A DNA stretch of 64,000 nucleotides, taken from an uncultured Fibrobacteria bacterium. GTDB lineage: Bacteria > Fibrobacterota > Fibrobacteria > UBA11236. Where the stretch lies: positions 3,680,001 to 3,744,000 of the forward strand of contig OY970309.1 in NCBI GenBank assembly GCA_963716395.1. Reading direction: 5' to 3'. Shown piece by piece: positions 27,604-37,353 of the stretch. Both the position numbers and the translations under genes were made by a program. The notes beneath the pieces were generated by a model that saw only the letters and a list, made by a program, of their open reading frames with translations, was not told the origin of the DNA and did no database searches. Position 1 is the stretch's first letter, and each line of letters opens with the position of its first letter.

Positions 27604-28223
27604 GTGGCTTTTCCCCGGAAGCGCGGCTCCGCGCCCTGGAGCAGGCGCACGATGTTGGCGCGATGGCGCACGATGACGAAAACCGCCACCAGCAAGGCTA
27701 CCCAGAACACGGGGACGAAACCGCCGGCGCTGTGCCAACGGGCCTCCCAGAACACCAACGGGGGCAGCACCAAGGCCGAAGCCAGCGAGGCCAGACTCAC
27801 GATGCGACTCAAGCCCATGACCGCGCCCCACAGCCCCAACGCGAGCAAAGAAGCGATGGGACTCAGGAATACGAAGACGCCGAATGCGGTGAGCACGCCC
27901 TTGCCGCCTTTGAATCCGGACAGGAAGGAGTAGGCATGGCCCAGTACGGCCGCGGCTCCGGCCGCCAGGGCGCCGACGGCGGAATGGGTCCAGGCCAGAC
28001 CGACGGCGGCGGCCGCCGCCCCCTTGCCGGCATCGAGCAGGGCCACGGGCAAGGCGGGCCTCCAACCGAAGGCGCGCCACACGTTGGTCATGCCCGGATT
28101 GCCGCTGCCGATGCAGGTGATGTCGACGCGAAAGAAAATCCGGCACACCCAGATGGCGGTGGGCAGCGAACCCAGTCCGTAGCCGGCCAGTAACGCCGCG
28201 GGGTATCCCGCCGCCGGGGCCAT
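27600..28223 (-). CDS. plsY: Glycerol-3-phosphate acyltransferase PlsY
   Basis: YGLGSLP, GSGNPGMTNVWR, DAGKG, FKGGKGV, HRANIVRL. Confidence 0.95.
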   Translation of the reverse strand: MAPAAGYPAALLAGYGLGSLPTAIWVCRIFFRVDITCIGSGNPGMTNVWRAFGWRPALPVALLDAGKGAAAAAVGLAWTHSAVGALAAGAAAVLGHAYSFLSGFKGGKGVLTAFGVFVFLSPIASLLALGLWGAVMGLSRIVSLASLASALVLPPLVFWEARWHSAGGFVPVFWVALLVAVFVIVRHRANIVRLLQGAEPRFRGKAT

Positions 28224-29647
28224 CAGGCCACCTCCGCTTCTTGGGAAACCGCCTCCGCTTCTTCGGCCTGCATCCACTCTTCGAATCCGGCACGGCGGCC
28301 GCGCAAAAATTCTTCCAGTTCCAGGTCGGTTCGCAATTGAAAGCGGCTACGGAACCAGATGCGCACCGGCACGCCTTCCAGTTCGAAATACTCCCGGGCG
28401 CGGCGGCGCAAATAGCGCGCATAGCTGCGCAGCACCCGTTCGGGATGCGCGGTTTCAAACGCCAGGCCCACGGGATTCACCAGCACCTGGCAGCAACGGG
28501 TCACTTCTACCGGGCCTTGCGGCGTGCCCGGATGCGGATGATCCGCGGCGGCGGCGGCGAAAAAAGCCACCACGTTTTCGCGCCCCAGCACGCGTTCGAG
28601 ATTCTGTTTCACCTGCAGCGCCATCTCCGGAATCTTGGCCACGCGTTGGCCGGTCAGGGCCGAAACCGCGACGAAGGGCACGCCTTCGAGATCAGGATTG
28701 CGGTGGCGCGCGGCCTTGACCGCAACATCGAACGCGCGGTGGTCGGGATGCACGGCATCCCATTTGCTCAAGGCCAGGATTAATCCCCGGCCTTCTTCCA
28801 GCACCCGCTGGCAAATGCGAAAATCCTGTTCGCCCACGCCTTCCTGCGCATCGACCAGCAGCACGCAGACCTGGCTGCGGCGAATCGATTCGAGCGCCCG
28901 CAAATTGGAATAGTATTCCACGGGGTCTTTGACCCGGGCTTTTTTGCGCAGTCCCGCCGTGTCGGTAATCACAATTCGACGTCCCTGAAAAGCGAACTCG
29001 GTATCGATGGAATCGCGCGTGGTGCCGGCTTCGGCCGAAGTGATTTGGCGTTCTTCGCCGAGCAGGGCGTTGACCAAGGTGCTTTTGCCGGAATTGGGCC
29101 GGCCCAATACGGCCAACCGCAACACCGGGTCGGCGGGATCGAAATCCAGCGCAGGCAGCTTGACAGCCACCCGATGCAGCAGATCGCGGATGCCCAGACC
29201 CGAACGGGCCGACACGGCCTGCGGTTCCCCCATCCCCAAAGACCAGGCGGTGTGCGCGTCCAGCGCCGTCTGGGATTTTTCCGCTTTGTTCACTACCAGC
29301 AGCACGGGCCGGCGCCGGCGCAGCACCATGCGCGCGAATTCCAGATCGGCGGCGGTGACGCCCGTCTGGCCGTCGATGACGAATAACACCACGGCGGCTT
29401 CATCCAAGGCAGTTTCGATATGCCGCCGCACTTGATCGATCAAGGCGTCTCCGGCGGCCGGCAAGAATCCACCCGTATCCACGAGTTGGAAATGCTTACC
29501 GTTCCATTCCGCATTCTGATAATGGCGATCGCGGGTGACGCCCTCGCGGGGCGACACCACGGCGGCCCGGCGGCCCAGAATGCGGTTGAACAGGCTCGAC
29601 TTGCCCACATTCGGCCTTCCGGCGATCACGACGCAGGGCAGGTTCAT
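28223..29647 (-). CDS. der: Ribosome biogenesis GTPase Der (EngA)
   Basis: Two G domains: GRPNVGKS/DTGG/NKAE and GRPNSGKS/GTTRD/DTAG/KWD. Confidence 0.95.
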   Translation of the reverse strand: MNLPCVVIAGRPNVGKSSLFNRILGRRAAVVSPREGVTRDRHYQNAEWNGKHFQLVDTGGFLPAAGDALIDQVRRHIETALDEAAVVLFVIDGQTGVTAADLEFARMVLRRRRPVLLVVNKAEKSQTALDAHTAWSLGMGEPQAVSARSGLGIRDLLHRVAVKLPALDFDPADPVLRLAVLGRPNSGKSTLVNALLGEERQITSAEAGTTRDSIDTEFAFQGRRIVITDTAGLRKKARVKDPVEYYSNLRALESIRRSQVCVLLVDAQEGVGEQDFRICQRVLEEGRGLILALSKWDAVHPDHRAFDVAVKAARHRNPDLEGVPFVAVSALTGQRVAKIPEMALQVKQNLERVLGRENVVAFFAAAAADHPHPGTPQGPVEVTRCCQVLVNPVGLAFETAHPERVLRSYARYLRRRAREYFELEGVPVRIWFRSRFQLRTDLELEEFLRGRRAGFEEWMQAEEAEAVSQEAEVA

Positions 29648-29715
29648 CGGCTTGATCCATCCGAGTCTAAGTAATTTAGGGTCAACGTGTTGTAAGATAC
29701 CTTTCACGCCCCACC

Positions 29716-30444
29716 TTGGAAATGCCGCAAAAAATCGATTTGCACCTACACACTTTGGATGATCCCCGGGATCATCATGTGCGGCATACGGCCGAAGAGT
29801 TGATCGATGCCGCCGCACGCCGGCATTACACGGCCCTGGCCATCACCCTGCATACCCGGCAATGGGAAAGCGAACGCCATCGGCGCTACGCCGCGGATCG
29901 CGGCATCCTCCTCATTCCCGGCGTGGAGCAGGACGTGGAAGGCCGCCACGTGCTGCTGTTGAACTTCGCACGTGACGATGCGCACGCTGTGCATACCTTC
30001 GCCGACTTGCGGCGTCTCAAAGCGGCCCAACGACGACCCGTACTCGTGGCCGCCGCCCACCCTTTTTATCCGGATGCGGTCTGTCTCAAAGAGCGCCTGT
30101 TCGAGCAGCACGACCTGTTCGATGCGATCGAGGTCACGGGCTTTCACCATCGCTGGTGGAACCCCAATCTCCGGGCGCGCGCCGCCGCGGAAAGGCTGGG
30201 ATTGCCGCTGATCGGCAACTCCGACACCCACACGCTGGAGCAATTCGGCACGCTCTGGACCGAAGTCGCTGCCGAGCCGAATGTCGAGTCGATTCTGGCG
30301 GCGCTCAAACAGGGCCGGGGCCGGGTGTGCGGCCGGCCCCTGGGCCTGCGCGAAATGGGTGTCATCGCTTACAAGGTCATCGCCCAAGGCTACATGCCCT
30401 GGGTCGATTACAAAAAGCGGCGCGGACACGTGCCCGCAGAGTAA
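29716..30444 (+). CDS. PHP domain-containing phosphoesterase
   Basis: IDLHLHT, AITLH, GVE, AHP, GNSDTH. Confidence 0.88.
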   Translation: MEMPQKIDLHLHTLDDPRDHHVRHTAEELIDAAARRHYTALAITLHTRQWESERHRRYAADRGILLIPGVEQDVEGRHVLLLNFARDDAHAVHTFADLRRLKAAQRRPVLVAAAHPFYPDAVCLKERLFEQHDLFDAIEVTGFHHRWWNPNLRARAAAERLGLPLIGNSDTHTLEQFGTLWTEVAAEPNVESILAALKQGRGRVCGRPLGLREMGVIAYKVIAQGYMPWVDYKKRRGHVPAE

Positions 30445-30459
30445 CGGTACGAAACCGGG

Positions 30460-31347
30460 TCAGCGCCAGGTCCAGAACACCGCGCCCGCGATTCCCAGCA
30501 AGACCAGGCCGCTGATGGCGATGTTGGCCAGGAAAAAATCCTGGTTCAAGCCGTCCAGCGAAGCGCCGCGCCGGAACCCGTGCAAATACACCAGCAAGGC
30601 GGCCACGCCCGCCAGGGCCGAGGTATAAACCCATCCCGGCCGGTAGCGCGCGGCGATGGCCACGAGGCAGCCGAACATACCGGCATGCAGCAGCGCGCTC
30701 ACGCGCAGGGACCGGGCGATCCCGTAGCGCACCACCAGGGAATGCAGCCCCGCCGCCGCGTCGAACTCGTGATCCTGCGTGGCGTAGATCACATCGAAAC
30801 CGGCAATCCACAGCCCCAGCGCCAGGCACAGCCAGAAGGCCGGGGCGCCGAAGCGGCCCTGTACCGCAATCCACGCGCCCATGGGCGAGATGCCGATAGC
30901 CAGCCCCAGAAACAGGTGCGACCAGGCGGTGAACCGCTTGGTCAGCGAATAGAAGCACACCGCCGCCAAGGTCGGCAGCGACAGCGCGAACGCCAGGGGA
31001 TTGAGAAAGCGCGTGGCCACTACGAACAGAAGACCGTTCATCGCCAGGAAAGCTGCGACTTCTTTGCGGCCCAGCAAGCCCGCCGGCAAATGCCGCCGCC
31101 GGGTGCGCGGATTGCGCGCATCGTAGCCGGCGTCGACGAGGCGGTTGAAGGCCATGGCCGCATTGCGGCACAATGCCATGCAGGCCAGGATCAACAGAAA
31201 AATCTGCGGCCGTGGCCACCCGCCCGCGGCCCAGAACATGGCGGCCAAGGCAAACGGCAAGGCGAACAAGGTATGCGAAAAGCGCACGAGTTCGAGATAA
31301 TGCCGGAGGCGGGAAAGCAAAATCATCCGCCCTTCCCCATCTCGCAC
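30460..31347 (-). CDS. mqnP: UbiA-like polyprenyltransferase (MqnP, futalosine menaquinone pathway)
   Basis: FSHTLFALPFA, AMAFNRLVD..DARNPRT, YSLTKRF, GFDVIYATQD. Confidence 0.88.
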   Translation of the reverse strand: MRDGEGRMILLSRLRHYLELVRFSHTLFALPFALAAMFWAAGGWPRPQIFLLILACMALCRNAAMAFNRLVDAGYDARNPRTRRRHLPAGLLGRKEVAAFLAMNGLLFVVATRFLNPLAFALSLPTLAAVCFYSLTKRFTAWSHLFLGLAIGISPMGAWIAVQGRFGAPAFWLCLALGLWIAGFDVIYATQDHEFDAAAGLHSLVVRYGIARSLRVSALLHAGMFGCLVAIAARYRPGWVYTSALAGVAALLVYLHGFRRGASLDGLNQDFFLANIAISGLVLLGIAGAVFWTWR

Positions 31348-31889
31348 CAGCGGCGGCTGACCGGATGATCCAGCCCCAGATGATCCAGCACCCGCGCCAA
31401 CACCGTGTCGACCAAATCGTCGATGGTTTGTGGTTTAAGATAAAAGGCCGGATTGGCGGGAAGCACCACGGCGCCGAGATCAGAAAGCGTTTTCTGGTTC
31501 AGGAAATGGCCGGCATGCATGGGCGTTTCACGCGGCACCACGATCAGGCGGCGGCGCTCCTTCAAGCACACGTCGGCGGCGCGCGTCAGCAAATTGTCGC
31601 CGATGCCGTGGGCGATTTTCCCCAAGGTGGCCATGGAGCAGGGCGCTATCACCATGCCGCGATGCCGAAAGGATCCGCTAGCGATGGGCGCGAACAGATC
31701 GTCGTTGCGATAGACCTTGGCCGCCAGCGCAAACAAGCCTTGATGGCCTTCGAACGCCGCGACTTGCGCGCCGTGTTCGGTGGCCACCACCTGCGTTTCC
31801 AGCCCCAGGTCGCGCAAATGCAATAGCAGCCGATGCGCGTAAACGGCCCCGGAGGCGCCGGTGATGCCGAGCAAGAAAGGCTCATCCAT
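31323..31889 (-). CDS. ubiX: Flavin prenyltransferase UbiX
   Basis: GITGASG, IASGS, APCSM, RAADVCLKERR, PRETP, PAFY. Confidence 0.95.
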   Translation of the reverse strand: MDEPFLLGITGASGAVYAHRLLLHLRDLGLETQVVATEHGAQVAAFEGHQGLFALAAKVYRNDDLFAPIASGSFRHRGMVIAPCSMATLGKIAHGIGDNLLTRAADVCLKERRRLIVVPRETPMHAGHFLNQKTLSDLGAVVLPANPAFYLKPQTIDDLVDTVLARVLDHLGLDHPVSRRWCEMGKGG

Positions 31890-32583
31890 GCGCTTCCCCT
31901 TTCACCGCCCGTACCGCATGGGCGATGCCGAAATCCAAAGACAGCGCGTGCACCTCGGCGAAGCCTTGCGCGCGGCATAAGGCGGCGTATTCTTCCACCG
32001 AAGAAAACTTGAGCACCGATTGGGAAAGGTAGGTATAGGCCGCGCGCTGCGACCCAAATAGCCGGCCGGCCAAAGGCATGAATACCGGAGCCGCCCGGCG
32101 GTAGAAGAATCGCGTGAAGGGCGTGGCTGGCCGGAAAAACTCCAAGGTTACGAACACGCCTCCGGGCCTTAACAGCCGTTGCACGATGCCGATTCCCGCG
32201 GCCAAAGCGTCGAGGTTGCGCATGCCGAAACCGCACACCACGGCGTCAAAATACCCGTCGCCAAAGGGCGGATGCAAGGCATCGGACAAAACCGCCGCGG
32301 CCTGTACGCCTTTGTCCGCGGATGTGCGCAACATGGGCCGCGAGAAATCCGCGTTCACGATGAAGCCCGAAAAACCCGCGGCGCGCAAGGCGCGGGTGAA
32401 GTCGCCGGTGCCGCCGCACAAATCCAGCATGCGCGCGTTCGCACCGCCGCGCGGCAGATCGCGCAGCAAGAGGGCCGCGGCCTTTTGCCGCCACCGGGAA
32501 TCGCGGCCGGCGCTGAGAAAACCATTGAGGCAATCGTAGCGGCCGGCAATGGCATCGAACATGTTTTGCACCGAACGCGACAT
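31882..32583 (-). CDS. ubiE: Demethylmenaquinone methyltransferase (UbiE/MenG)
   Basis: VQNMFDAIAGRYD, LDLCGGTGD, DFSRPML, FGMRN, AYTYL. Confidence 0.92.
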   Translation of the reverse strand: MSRSVQNMFDAIAGRYDCLNGFLSAGRDSRWRQKAAALLLRDLPRGGANARMLDLCGGTGDFTRALRAAGFSGFIVNADFSRPMLRTSADKGVQAAAVLSDALHPPFGDGYFDAVVCGFGMRNLDALAAGIGIVQRLLRPGGVFVTLEFFRPATPFTRFFYRRAAPVFMPLAGRLFGSQRAAYTYLSQSVLKFSSVEEYAALCRAQGFAEVHALSLDFGIAHAVRAVKGEAHG

Positions 32584-32813
32584 GCGCGGGAATGTAGAAC
32601 CCGCGGTGGGCGGCTTCGGATCCATGCCGGCCCTGTCGCGGCCTTTAAGGCGTAAGCCCGCCGAAAAAATCTCTCCGGCGGGCTCAGACACGTCGCTCGG
32701 CGAAGAAGTTTTCGACGAGGCTTTCATTGAGATTTTCATCGCCCTCCCCCCAACTTCGCCAATGATTTTTCCCGGCCGCGTCAAAGCGGGCCTGCCTGGC
32801 GCATGTCTTTTCC

Positions 32814-32842
32814 TTGCAAGCGCCGAAGCGACCGTATAGATT
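32814..32842 (+). promoter_or_regulatory. Sigma-70 type promoter for tRNA-Phe/greB
   Basis: TTGCAA-N17-TAGATT. Confidence 0.65.
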
Positions 32843-32854
32843 TTGCCCCCGGTT

Positions 32855-32930
<76 letters not shown>

Positions 32931-32950
32931 ATTCCGATTTCCGATCCGCA

Positions 32951-33427
32951 ATGGAACAGGCTCCCTCCCCCATCAGCCCCGAAGGCCTGCGCAAGCTGCG
33001 CGAAGAATGGGAGCGTTTGTACCACCAGGAGCGGCCCCAATTGCTGCAGGAGATCGCCACGGCGGCCGCGCAAGGCGATCGTTCGGAGAATGCCGAATAT
33101 ATCTACGGCCGCAAAAAGCTGCGGGAAATCGACCGGCGCTTGCGCGAGCTCGACGCGAAAATCCAGCGCAGCGTGGTGGTCGAAGCCACGGGCGGCCGGC
33201 GCGACAAGATCTACTTCGGCGCCCGCGTCACCCTACGTGGCGGCGACGGCCGCGCGCTGACCTTGCGGCTGGTGGGCCCGGATGAAATCGATCCCATGGC
33301 CGGAAGCATTTCGCGTGCGTCGCCTTTCGGCCAGGCATTGTGGGGCCATGCGCCCCAGGGACGGGTCACGGTGCAAACCCCGCGCGGACCGCAACGCTTC
33401 ACGATTGAAAACGTGGACTATCCGTAG
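32951..33427 (+). CDS. greB: Transcription elongation factor GreB
   Basis: AAAQGDRSENAEYIYGRKKLREIDRR, FGARV, VGPDE, SPFGQAL. Confidence 0.92.
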   Translation: MEQAPSPISPEGLRKLREEWERLYHQERPQLLQEIATAAAQGDRSENAEYIYGRKKLREIDRRLRELDAKIQRSVVVEATGGRRDKIYFGARVTLRGGDGRALTLRLVGPDEIDPMAGSISRASPFGQALWGHAPQGRVTVQTPRGPQRFTIENVDYP

Positions 33428-33962
33428 CGCGAAAATCCAGCAAGCGGCTGCGCGCCTCTTCCCAGCGTAACCAAGGCGATACCCCTTCGGCGTCGAGCTT
33501 GCCGAGCGGCGGCAAAAGCCCGGCGGAGCGCAGGCGCTGAATCCATTCCGCCTGTTCGGAAGCGGAACCTTGCAGGGCCGCTTCAATCCAGGCCGGCGGC
33601 AGGCGGCGGCGCGGCTGAAAGGGGGCGGGCACGGCTCTTCCCGCGCGATAGTCCAGCAACAGGTGCGACCAGCCTTGCGGCCCGGGAAATCCGCCGCGGA
33701 TTAAGTAAAGGCCGTGGTCGCCGGGTTCGGGTTGCAGATAGCGCACCAAGGCCAGGTCTTGCGGAAACAAGGCCAACAACAGGGCGGGCCGGCATTCGGG
33801 ATTCCCCTTTCCATCCCACCCCCGCCAGGGCAGGGACCACGGCGCGCATTGATCTTCGGCCGCGCGCTGTCTCCACGCCGAACCCTGACGCGCGCGTTCC
33901 CAACGTTTGAGACGCAAGTGATTTTCGCGGGACGCCGGGTCGGGAAAAAGAGCGGCCATCAA
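33399..33962 (-). CDS. Hypothetical protein
   Basis: The ORF fills the interval between greB and a divergent lipoprotein gene; no recognisable motif. Confidence 0.5.
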   Translation of the reverse strand: MMAALFPDPASRENHLRLKRWERARQGSAWRQRAAEDQCAPWSLPWRGWDGKGNPECRPALLLALFPQDLALVRYLQPEPGDHGLYLIRGGFPGPQGWSHLLLDYRAGRAVPAPFQPRRRLPPAWIEAALQGSASEQAEWIQRLRSAGLLPPLGKLDAEGVSPWLRWEEARSRLLDFRATDSPRFQS

Positions 33963-34000
33963 AAGTGCTCCCCGGGCCCGTTGCTATATTGGCTCTTCGC

Positions 34001-34618
34001 ATGAACCCGTTCCGAAGCACGGCAATGCCGGTAACCGGACTGGCCTGGGGAGCGGTGTTCGCGCTGGGGGCTTCGCTGTTCTCCGGCTGCGCCTCCCGGG
34101 AAAAAATCTACGTCCCCGAAGACATGCCCGACATTTGCCGCGATCTGGATTTTCGCAACGAGGTTCAATTGCGCAACGCCTGCGGGGTGCAGGCCCATTA
34201 TCTCGCCTACCGGAATATCCCGGAGCATCGCGAATTGCTGCAACCCAAGGCCGGCCTGATCGTGAAAAAGGGGAAAAGCCTGCAATTGCGCCTGGAAAAT
34301 TTTCTGCCCATCGATTTGCCCCGTTCCTTCCGAGGCCGCATCCGCTTCGGCGAAGACGTGCGCCGCAACCTGATCAAATCGAAAATGGACTATTGCGAAT
34401 TTTTTCCGGCCCAGGCCGATCGTCCGGAAAAGCTCATTCGCCTCATGATCCCCTTCGATACCGGCGATTCGGCCACGGTGTGTTATACCGTGGAACCCAA
34501 AATCGAAACCTTGCAACGCGATCCCGGTTATGCCAGCCAGCTTTCGCCCTTGGATTGCGGAGACTTTGCGCGCAAGCAGGCGGCCAGCGAAAAAGCCGAA
34601 GCACCCCCGGGGGATTAA
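34001..34618 (+). CDS. Hypothetical lipoprotein
   Basis: Lipobox LFSG|C after a hydrophobic stretch; several additional Cys. Confidence 0.7.
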   Translation: MNPFRSTAMPVTGLAWGAVFALGASLFSGCASREKIYVPEDMPDICRDLDFRNEVQLRNACGVQAHYLAYRNIPEHRELLQPKAGLIVKKGKSLQLRLENFLPIDLPRSFRGRIRFGEDVRRNLIKSKMDYCEFFPAQADRPEKLIRLMIPFDTGDSATVCYTVEPKIETLQRDPGYASQLSPLDCGDFARKQAASEKAEAPPGD

Positions 34619-34640
34619 TGCACCCCGGTGAATCGGGACG

Positions 34641-34877
34641 CTATTCCGAAAAAGCCTGTATGAGCGAACCCACACGGTCCAATTTGCAAAACGCGGCGAA
34701 ATCCAAATCGCGCCCGAAATCCGCATTCAAGCGTTCGAGCAGGGCTTTGCGCTCGGCATAGGTGATGCGGTAATCCGTAATGAAACGGTCCTCATCCTGG
34801 ATGTCTTCGGACTTGAATCCCACCACGTCGGCGATAATCGAACGAATTTTGTCCGCTTTTTCCGTATCCAAAATCAT
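34641..34877 (-). CDS. Acyl carrier protein-like protein lacking the phosphopantetheine Ser
   Basis: 78 aa; KIRSIIADVVG..EDIQDEDRFITDY..LLERLNADFG..LDRVGSLIQ follows the ACP helix pattern; the DSL motif is replaced by TYA; GGAG SD. Confidence 0.7.
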   Translation of the reverse strand: MILDTEKADKIRSIIADVVGFKSEDIQDEDRFITDYRITYAERKALLERLNADFGRDLDFAAFCKLDRVGSLIQAFSE

Positions 34878-34971
34878 GCTCCACGCTAAAGATGAATCGC
34901 TGTCGGCCGTAAACCTACTCGGTGGCAACGACGCCCACAAGGGTAAAATTCGTCGATATTGGCGATCGGCC

Positions 34972-37341
34972 ATGGTGGTCGCGGCACTTTTGAGCGGCGC
35001 CGCCCAAGTCGCCTGGCCGCAGGGTGAATTGCCTGCGCCCTTCGCCGGCATCCCCGTCGTCGATGCGGTCGGCAGCGGCAATCCCGCGTCGGGCCGCGAC
35101 GGCCGCGACTTCGTGCTCTCGGTTGCGGGCGACTCGGTGGGATACAATCATGCCTGGGAGGCCCAAACCTGGGGATTGGCCGGACGCTGGAATGGATTCA
35201 CCGCGGCGTATCGCCTCGCGATGAGCGCGGGAGATTATGCCGGTGAAAATTTTTTCCTCGGACAGTCCCTGCCGCTGGGCGCGTTAGGACGCCTGGGTGC
35301 GGACTGGCGCTTTGCCGACCGCGACGGCGGGCAGGCGGCCTTCGATTTCGGCTGGCAAGCCGAACCCCTTCCCGAATTGCGGCTGGGTTATGTCTTGCGC
35401 GATGCCGTGGATTTGGCGGACAAGCCGCCCTTGGAACACGAATGGGCGTTGGGCCTACGACCATGGGGCCGCCGGGTCGATGCCCTGGGCGGGTTGGAAT
35501 GGGGAGGCGGGGCGACGATTCAACGCGCGCATTGGCATCCCTACACCTTCGCGCAACTCCCTGTGGCCCGGGGTCTCGGCCTCTGGGGCTATTGGGCGCC
35601 GCGCAGCGGCCGCATCGCCGCCAGCCTGACGGCGGCCTTGTCTCCCACGGCGCACTTGGGGCTGGGTACGACGCCGCGCCATGAGCCCGGCTTCCGTCTG
35701 GACTGGAGCCAGCCTCCCACACCAAAATACCTGGTGTCAACCGGCTGCGTGCGCGAGGTCGATTTGAACCACCCCATCGTCATGGATGCGCGTGAACCCG
35801 GCTGGTTTGCCTCCGGCGGTTTGGATTGGGAGCACCTGCTGCAAAGGCTGGATTTTCTGGAGAACGATCCCACGGCCAAGGTCGTGGTGCTTCGCCTTGG
35901 AAACCTGCGCGCCGATTTCGCCACCGCCGAAGAGTTACACGACCGGATCCTGCGACTGCGCGCCCGCGGCAAACGCGTCTTCGCCTATCTTGAACCCGAG
36001 ATCACACCCATGAATTACCTGGTGGCTTCGGCCGCCGACCGCGTTGCGGCGCAACCGCAGGGGTATTTCGCGGTTCCGGGCTTTGCCGCCGAAGTCACTT
36101 TCTACAAGGGCCTGCTCGACAAAATCGGCATCGAAGCGCAATTCCTGCGGCACGGAAAGGCCAAATCTTTTGTCGAACCTTTTACGCGCACCGGTTTCAC
36201 GCCCGCCTCGCGCGAGAATTTGCGCCAACTGCTGAACGGCTGGTGGGACGAGTACGTAACCGAGGTGTCGTCGGCGCGCGGCCTTTCCGCAGATTCGCTG
36301 CGGGCTTTTCTCGACCGCGGCGAAATCGATTTGGATTCGGCGCGGGCACAAGGGCTGATTGACACCTTGTTGCAGCCCGATCAAGTGGCCGCGGCCGCAG
36401 CCGGATCGGCCGCGCCGGTATGCAAAGAAAACGCCACCGAGATCGCCGGCGACTCGCGATGGAGCGCGGCCGCGCCGATTGCGGTGGCGGCACTGAACGG
36501 CGAAATCACGGCGGGCGAAAGCCGGGCCCGCGGTCTGTTCGGCGGAGAAACCATGGGCGCCGAAACCGTGGTGCGTTTGCTGGAGCGTCTGCGCCACCAA
36601 GGCAGCGTGCGCGCCGTGGTATTGCGCCTGGATTCACCCGGCGGTGAAGTCGAGGCCAGCGATCGTATCGCGCGCGAAATCGATTTGCTGCGCCGCGACG
36701 GGAAAAAGGTGGTGGTGTCGGTGGGCGGCGAAGCCGCTTCGGGCGCGTACTACGTGGCCTGCCGGGCCGACGCCATCGTGGCCGAACCCGGTGCCGTGGT
36801 CGGCAGCATCGGCGTGCTGTGGGGCAAGGTGGTGACGCAGGGTTTGTACGGAAAACTGGGATTGACGCGCGAAGACCTCAAAACCGCGCCGCATGCCGAC
36901 GCCTTGTCGGGCGCGCGGCCGTGGACGCCGGAGGAGGTCGCGGTTTTGCAGCGCCATCTCGATCGCTTCTACGCCGAATTTCTGGCCCAGGTCAAGGAGC
37001 GCCGCGGATCCAAAATCACCGATTTGGATTCCGCCGCGGAAGGGCGCGTTTTCACCGGCACCCAGGGTTTGCGCCTCGGGCTGGTCGACACGCTCGGGGG
37101 GCTGGAGTTGGCCGAACGCGTGGCCGCGAAAATGGCGGGGATTCCGCTATGGGAAGCGACAAAAATCACAAGATATTATTCCCCCGCGGGGTTTCCGGAT
37201 TGGGGCAACGTGGGCGCCGTCTTGGGGATCCGCGCGCCTTCGCTATGGGACGACTTGGCCGCGGGGCTGGAGGAATGGTCGCATCCCCAGCTCTGGGCCT
37301 TGGACCCGGCGCTGGCCGCCACGGTCGGCCCCATGCGCTGA
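34972..37341 (+). CDS. sppA: Signal peptide peptidase SppA (S49, two domains) with N-terminal putative beta-barrel
   Basis: GKAKSFVEP (Lys), LRLDSPGG, AASGAYY (Ser), GSIGV, EGRVFTG; about 240-aa N-terminal region rich in alternating aromatic/Gly strands; start uncertain (34876 or 34972). Confidence 0.85.
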   Translation: MVVAALLSGAAQVAWPQGELPAPFAGIPVVDAVGSGNPASGRDGRDFVLSVAGDSVGYNHAWEAQTWGLAGRWNGFTAAYRLAMSAGDYAGENFFLGQSLPLGALGRLGADWRFADRDGGQAAFDFGWQAEPLPELRLGYVLRDAVDLADKPPLEHEWALGLRPWGRRVDALGGLEWGGGATIQRAHWHPYTFAQLPVARGLGLWGYWAPRSGRIAASLTAALSPTAHLGLGTTPRHEPGFRLDWSQPPTPKYLVSTGCVREVDLNHPIVMDAREPGWFASGGLDWEHLLQRLDFLENDPTAKVVVLRLGNLRADFATAEELHDRILRLRARGKRVFAYLEPEITPMNYLVASAADRVAAQPQGYFAVPGFAAEVTFYKGLLDKIGIEAQFLRHGKAKSFVEPFTRTGFTPASRENLRQLLNGWWDEYVTEVSSARGLSADSLRAFLDRGEIDLDSARAQGLIDTLLQPDQVAAAAAGSAAPVCKENATEIAGDSRWSAAAPIAVAALNGEITAGESRARGLFGGETMGAETVVRLLERLRHQGSVRAVVLRLDSPGGEVEASDRIAREIDLLRRDGKKVVVSVGGEAASGAYYVACRADAIVAEPGAVVGSIGVLWGKVVTQGLYGKLGLTREDLKTAPHADALSGARPWTPEEVAVLQRHLDRFYAEFLAQVKERRGSKITDLDSAAEGRVFTGTQGLRLGLVDTLGGLELAERVAAKMAGIPLWEATKITRYYSPAGFPDWGNVGAVLGIRAPSLWDDLAAGLEEWSHPQLWALDPALAATVGPMR

Positions 37342-37353
37342 GCTTGCGAGAGG

